DNA of 64,000 nucleotides from Bacillota bacterium (GTDB lineage Bacteria; Bacillota_I; Bacilli_A; RF39; UBA660): NCBI GenBank assembly GCA_015059365.1, contig SVAO01000001.1, positions 216 to 64,215 of the forward strand, read 5' to 3'. Shown piece by piece: positions 60,238 to 64,000 of this stretch (position 1 is its first letter; each line of letters starts with the position of its first letter). The notes under the pieces were generated by a model. It saw only the letters and a program-made list of their open reading frames with translations, ran no database searches and was not told where the DNA came from. The position numbers and the translations under genes were made by a program.

Positions 60238-60343
60238 AAAATGCGACAAAAGTTGCATTTTTTGGTTATAAATTAAATTTTTTTCTTGTATTATATAGGG
60301 ATAAGTGTTATAATATTCACAGTTAAGAAGGGAGGGATTATCA

Positions 60344-60538
60344 ATGTCTACAGTAATTGTAAGAAACGGGAATGTTGACGGTGCATTACGTACTATGAAA
60401 CAAAGAAATATGAAAGATGGCCTCCTAAAAGCAGTTCGCGAAAGAAATGAAGGTTATTTAAAACCTGGTGCAAAACGAAGAAAAGAAAAAAAAGAAGCTA
60501 TTAGAAACAGTCGTAAAAGAAGAAAAGAAGACAGATAA
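60344..60538 (+). CDS. rpsU: 30S ribosomal protein S21
   Basis: VIVRNGNVDGALR, YLKPG.KRR; directly upstream of yqeY. Confidence 0.93.
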   Translation: MSTVIVRNGNVDGALRTMKQRNMKDGLLKAVRERNEGYLKPGAKRRKEKKEAIRNSRKRRKEDR

Positions 60539-60585
60539 TCAGTAGAACCCATTAGAGGTTCTCTTTTTAAAATTGAAAGGGTGAT

Positions 60586-61032
60586 ATGATGAAAGAAAAA
60601 ATACTAGTTGATTTAAAAAATGCAATGAAGAATCAAAATAAGGAGTTACTTTCAGTAATAAGAATGGTAAAAGGTGCTATTCAATTAGAAGAAATAAAGG
60701 TAAAACATGAATTGAATGATGAAGAAGTTATAACTATTATCGCAAGGGAGATTAAAACAAGAAAAGAATCGATTAAAGAATTTGAAAAAGGTGGACGCAA
60801 TGATTTAATTGAGAAAACATCACGTGAAATAGAAATTTTAAACAAATATATGCCAGCACAAATGAGCGAAGAAGAAGTTATGAAAATTATCGATGAAGTT
60901 TTTTCAAAAGTAAATCCTACTGGGCCTTCTGACATGGGAAAAATTATGGGTACAATTGCTCCATTAATAAAAGGTAAAGCAGACCTAGGGTTTGTAAATT
61001 CTAAAATAAAAGAAAAATTAAATCAATTATAA
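60586..61032 (+). CDS. yqeY: GatB/YqeY domain protein
   Basis: DLKNAMK, RKESIKEFEKGGR.DL, YMPAQMS, DMGKIMG, GKAD. Confidence 0.96.
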   Translation: MMKEKILVDLKNAMKNQNKELLSVIRMVKGAIQLEEIKVKHELNDEEVITIIAREIKTRKESIKEFEKGGRNDLIEKTSREIEILNKYMPAQMSEEEVMKIIDEVFSKVNPTGPSDMGKIMGTIAPLIKGKADLGFVNSKIKEKLNQL

Positions 61033-61074
61033 AGTATGTAGGAAAAGTTGTTCAATACAAATACTTTTCTTAAT

Positions 61075-61148
61075 GCTGATTTAGTTTAGTGGTAAAACAG
61101 ATGCATGGTAAGCATCAGAGGACTGTTCAATTCAGTCATTCAGCACCA
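61075..61148 (+). tRNA. tRNA-Thr(GGT)
   Basis: Acceptor GCTGAT/TTCAGC, anticodon arm GATGC-ATGGTAA-GCATC, T arm GACTG-TTCAATT-CAGTC, encoded CCA. Confidence 0.93.
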
Positions 61149-61343
61149 TAAGTGTTTCATTTGAACTGTAAAAAGACAGTTTTAAAAAAATCACAGTTTT
61201 AGTGATTTTTTTTATTTAATTTTTGCAGTGAAATGAGTGACAAATATTTAGAAAGCAGAAATTACTAATAAGTAAATGTTTAAGAAATACAAAAATAATG
61301 TTATAATAAACATTAGATTATATTTTTTAGGAGATAAGACAGT

Positions 61344-62177
61344 ATGGATAAAATTCGTGATATAAAAAAATATATTAGTACAGTGGAAAAATATAATAGT
61401 TTTTTCAAACAACATTATTATCACTCAATAATAGATTTAAATTTGATTAAATTAGAATATATATTACAATATGGAATTCTTTCTAAAAAACTAATTGAAC
61501 TTAATAAGTTACCAAGCATTTATACTCATTCTAGTTATGATTTTGATTCAAAAAATGGTGATATGTTTGTATCTTTATCAGAATATACAGATAATTGTCA
61601 ATTTAATGCATTGTTTGAATCATTTACGTTACACACATTAACATCTTTATCTTTAATAATTAATAAACATATAGATGTTTCAAAAGAAGGGGCAAGACAA
61701 ACTTATTTTGATGATGAAATATTTTGTTTTGGTTCTATAGATAAATCGAAAATTGAAGGAATTATGCTTCCTGAACATTTGTCAAATTTAATGATTAAAG
61801 AAGTGAATTGTTTACCTAATGATTTATCATGTTATACTAGAAGTTATCTAAATAAATTGCTAAGATGTACTGAAGAATATTTTAAAGAACAAATACCTAG
61901 TTTTTACATTGAAGAATTAAAAGTAAGTTATGAACAATTCTGGAATATAATTGAAGAATATGAATCACCTGAAAAATGGATTGAATCAGCGATTAAAATA
62001 CAACGAAAAAAATATGGAAAAGATTTAAAAGATGTTCTTGGAGAAATATCGCAATATTTATGGTCATTAAAATATGGGTTAGTAAATCCTAAATATTTGG
62101 ATATTATACAAAGGATAAATCAACAAAATTTACCAATATATGAAATAAAAGAGAAGTGTTTAAAAAAAATTAATTAG
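61344..62177 (+). CDS. Hypothetical protein with ART-fold-like motifs
   Basis: YYHSI...ILQYGILS...NGDMFVSLS...DEIFCFGSI...IEGI. Confidence 0.6.
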   Translation: MDKIRDIKKYISTVEKYNSFFKQHYYHSIIDLNLIKLEYILQYGILSKKLIELNKLPSIYTHSSYDFDSKNGDMFVSLSEYTDNCQFNALFESFTLHTLTSLSLIINKHIDVSKEGARQTYFDDEIFCFGSIDKSKIEGIMLPEHLSNLMIKEVNCLPNDLSCYTRSYLNKLLRCTEEYFKEQIPSFYIEELKVSYEQFWNIIEEYESPEKWIESAIKIQRKKYGKDLKDVLGEISQYLWSLKYGLVNPKYLDIIQRINQQNLPIYEIKEKCLKKIN

Positions 62178-62375
62178 ATTTGTGAAACAGAAAAAATCTT
62201 CTTGTGTATGGAAAAGTTAATATGGACAATATGTTGAAAAGTTGTAAATTAGAACACGTTTATGATAAAATGTAATTGATATATAGATGGTAATTAATGT
62301 AAAAGTTATATGAGAATAGAAAATAATTTAAAGAATATTATATTAGCTTGTAATATTTTTTGTAAGGAGTGATTT

Positions 62376-62810
62376 ATGATTAAAGAAGTTAAAAATATAA
62401 TTGATGCAAATAGATGTGATGAACTGTTAACAGAATTAATATTGGATGAGAGAAAATATAATGATTCTATAGATGAAGATATTGTAATTAAAGATCATTT
62501 TAATCAAATGTTAAATGACAAAGATATTGTGTTGTTAGGATATTATTTAGACCAGGAAATAGTTGGTTATATATTGATTAGAAGAGTAAGCAATAATACT
62601 TGTTTATTAGATGGTTTATATGTTTTGGCACGACATAGAAATCAAGGGATAGGCAAGGCATTGATAAATGAAGCAATAAATAAATGTAAAGAATTAAATG
62701 TTAAGTATGTAGATATTAATGTTATAGAAAAAAATGAAGTGGCTAAGAAACTTTATAAGAACTTAAATTTTACAGAATTTGAGGTAAAATTAAGGAAAAA
62801 AATATTATAA
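62376..62810 (+). CDS. GNAT family N-acetyltransferase
   Basis: IVGY, LYVLARHRNQGIGKAL, NEVAKKLY. Confidence 0.93.
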   Translation: MIKEVKNIIDANRCDELLTELILDERKYNDSIDEDIVIKDHFNQMLNDKDIVLLGYYLDQEIVGYILIRRVSNNTCLLDGLYVLARHRNQGIGKALINEAINKCKELNVKYVDINVIEKNEVAKKLYKNLNFTEFEVKLRKKIL

Positions 62811-62889
62811 AAATAACATTGGATAAATATTGGTAGGTTAATTTGCTAGGTATTATGATATAATTGTAATAGAAAGGTAGAGATAAAAT

Positions 62890-63669
62890 ATGAAATTTAA
62901 CTTTGAAGGTAAAAAAGCATTAGTTACAGGAGGCGGAAGTGGATTAGGAAGAGAATGTGCATTATTATTTGCTTCAAATGGTGCCGATGTTTTAATTGCT
63001 GATTTAAAACCGGAAAGATGTGAAGCAGTTGCCAATGAAGTAAGAGCATTAGGTGGAAATGCGATTGCTTACACACTTGATGTAACAGATTATAATCAAG
63101 TTGCTGATATGTATAAAAAAATCGTTGAAGAATGGGGTACTGTGGATTTTGTTGTAAATAGTGCAGGAGTGTGTTTAACAGAAGAATTAACTACGCAAGC
63201 ATTAAATGATATTGATTTATCAATTGATGTAAACATCAAAGGAACTATTTATTCTTGTCGTGAAGCTTTAGCAATCATGAGACCCAAAAAATATGGAAAA
63301 ATTGTTAATATGTCATCAATTGCAGCAAAAGCGTGTTTAGGTGGTTTTAGCGTTTATAGTGCTACTAAAGCAGCTGTTTTAGCAGCTACTGCATCATTGG
63401 GAAGAGAAGCGGCACTAGATAATGTAACTGTAAACTGCATTTGTCCTGGCATAATTAAGACAAGTATGTGGGAAGAAATTCTTGATCAACTTGCAGGTGA
63501 TGATCAAACTGCCCGTGATAAAGTATGGGCTGAATGGACTGCTGGAACACCAAATGGTAAACCACAAGATCCGATCGATATAGCTAATATGGTAGCATTT
63601 TTATGTTCCGAAGAAGCTAGATACATTACATCACAAAATATTGGTGTAGATGGTGGATATACGTTCTAG
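62890..63669 (+). CDS. Short-chain dehydrogenase/reductase
   Basis: TGGGSGLG, VNSAG, SS, YSATK, CPG, VDGG. Confidence 0.96.
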   Translation: MKFNFEGKKALVTGGGSGLGRECALLFASNGADVLIADLKPERCEAVANEVRALGGNAIAYTLDVTDYNQVADMYKKIVEEWGTVDFVVNSAGVCLTEELTTQALNDIDLSIDVNIKGTIYSCREALAIMRPKKYGKIVNMSSIAAKACLGGFSVYSATKAAVLAATASLGREAALDNVTVNCICPGIIKTSMWEEILDQLAGDDQTARDKVWAEWTAGTPNGKPQDPIDIANMVAFLCSEEARYITSQNIGVDGGYTF

Positions 63670-63693
63670 AAATATGGTGGGTGAGATTTATTT

Positions 63694-64000
63694 ATGAAAG
63701 TACCATTAAGATTTCAGGTTACAGAATATGATTGTGGCACCACATCATTAATAAATGCATTGATTTATTTATTTGAACGTGAAGAATTACCTGTTTCATT
63801 TTTAAAGGCAATATATAAATATACGTTAGATGCTGAAGGTGAAAATGGAATTATAGGAGCAGCTGGTACAAGTAGGGTTGCAGTTGAAAAATTATCACAT
63901 TGGATAAAGAGATATGCGGATAATCATGATTTTAATATATCGTGTGAAATTTTAGAAAAACATGAAGTAACTGAAAATAGAATTAGGGAATGCCTTAGTT
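63694..64000 (+). CDS. Stand-alone C39-like cysteine peptidase family protein (truncated by window end)
   Basis: MKVPLRFQVTEYDCGTTSLINAL (Q-x4-DCG) and GTS. Confidence 0.7.
   Translation, partial: MKVPLRFQVTEYDCGTTSLINALIYLFEREELPVSFLKAIYKYTLDAEGENGIIGAAGTSRVAVEKLSHWIKRYADNHDFNISCEILEKHEVTENRIRECLS

Noticed and set aside
61075-64000. Integrative element at tRNA-Thr
   Set aside because: No integrase and no duplicated tRNA 3' end within the window; cannot be supported here
1-64000. Alternative genetic code (TGA=Trp) as in many Mollicutes
   Set aside because: Conserved genes end at TGA (e.g. rsmE, rsmD, mraY) and Trp is encoded by TGG in intact ORFs

Overview
Very AT-rich chromosomal window from a spore-forming, genome-reduced member of the Bacillota. 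It uses the standard genetic code (TGA is stop) and almost all genes are on the + strand. The gene content resembles uncultured RF39-type Bacilli, but that assignment is an inference. The backbone is housekeeping and sporulation: spoVS, sufU/sufB, ssb, rpoZ, recX, prsA, pheST, yqfCD-ybeY-dgkA-era-yqzL-recO, glyQS, sepF-divIVA-ileS, a dcw cluster stripped of Mur ligases, rplS, lepB, an ApbE flavinylation locus, rsmE/mtaB/rsmD, ylbDE, rpsU-yqeY and tRNA-Thr(GGT). It also carries three T-box leaders, an L19 leader and MraZ boxes. Orphan genes are slotted into conserved operons. The most notable observations are: (1) a ~1280-aa protein (ten helical repeats, a putative ADP-ribosyltransferase-like core and a calcineurin-like phosphoesterase) in a cassette flanked by an exact 27-bp duplicated terminator; (2) a C39 peptidase ABC exporter followed by three small peptide genes missing from the ORF track, two with double-glycine leaders and all three ending in GxxxG..R..C; (3) an intact pyrimidine-nucleoside phosphorylase homolog whose active-site motifs are replaced, next to nuclease-like genes; (4) a miniature glycyl T-box; (5) a poly-G uORF with competing hairpins ahead of a surface-protein gene; (6) an IleRS2 with the GXHH signature; (7) recurrent basic C-terminal tails on the orphan proteins. 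No CRISPR array, rRNA, integrase or transposase was seen. All family calls are from motif recognition by eye; no searches were run.
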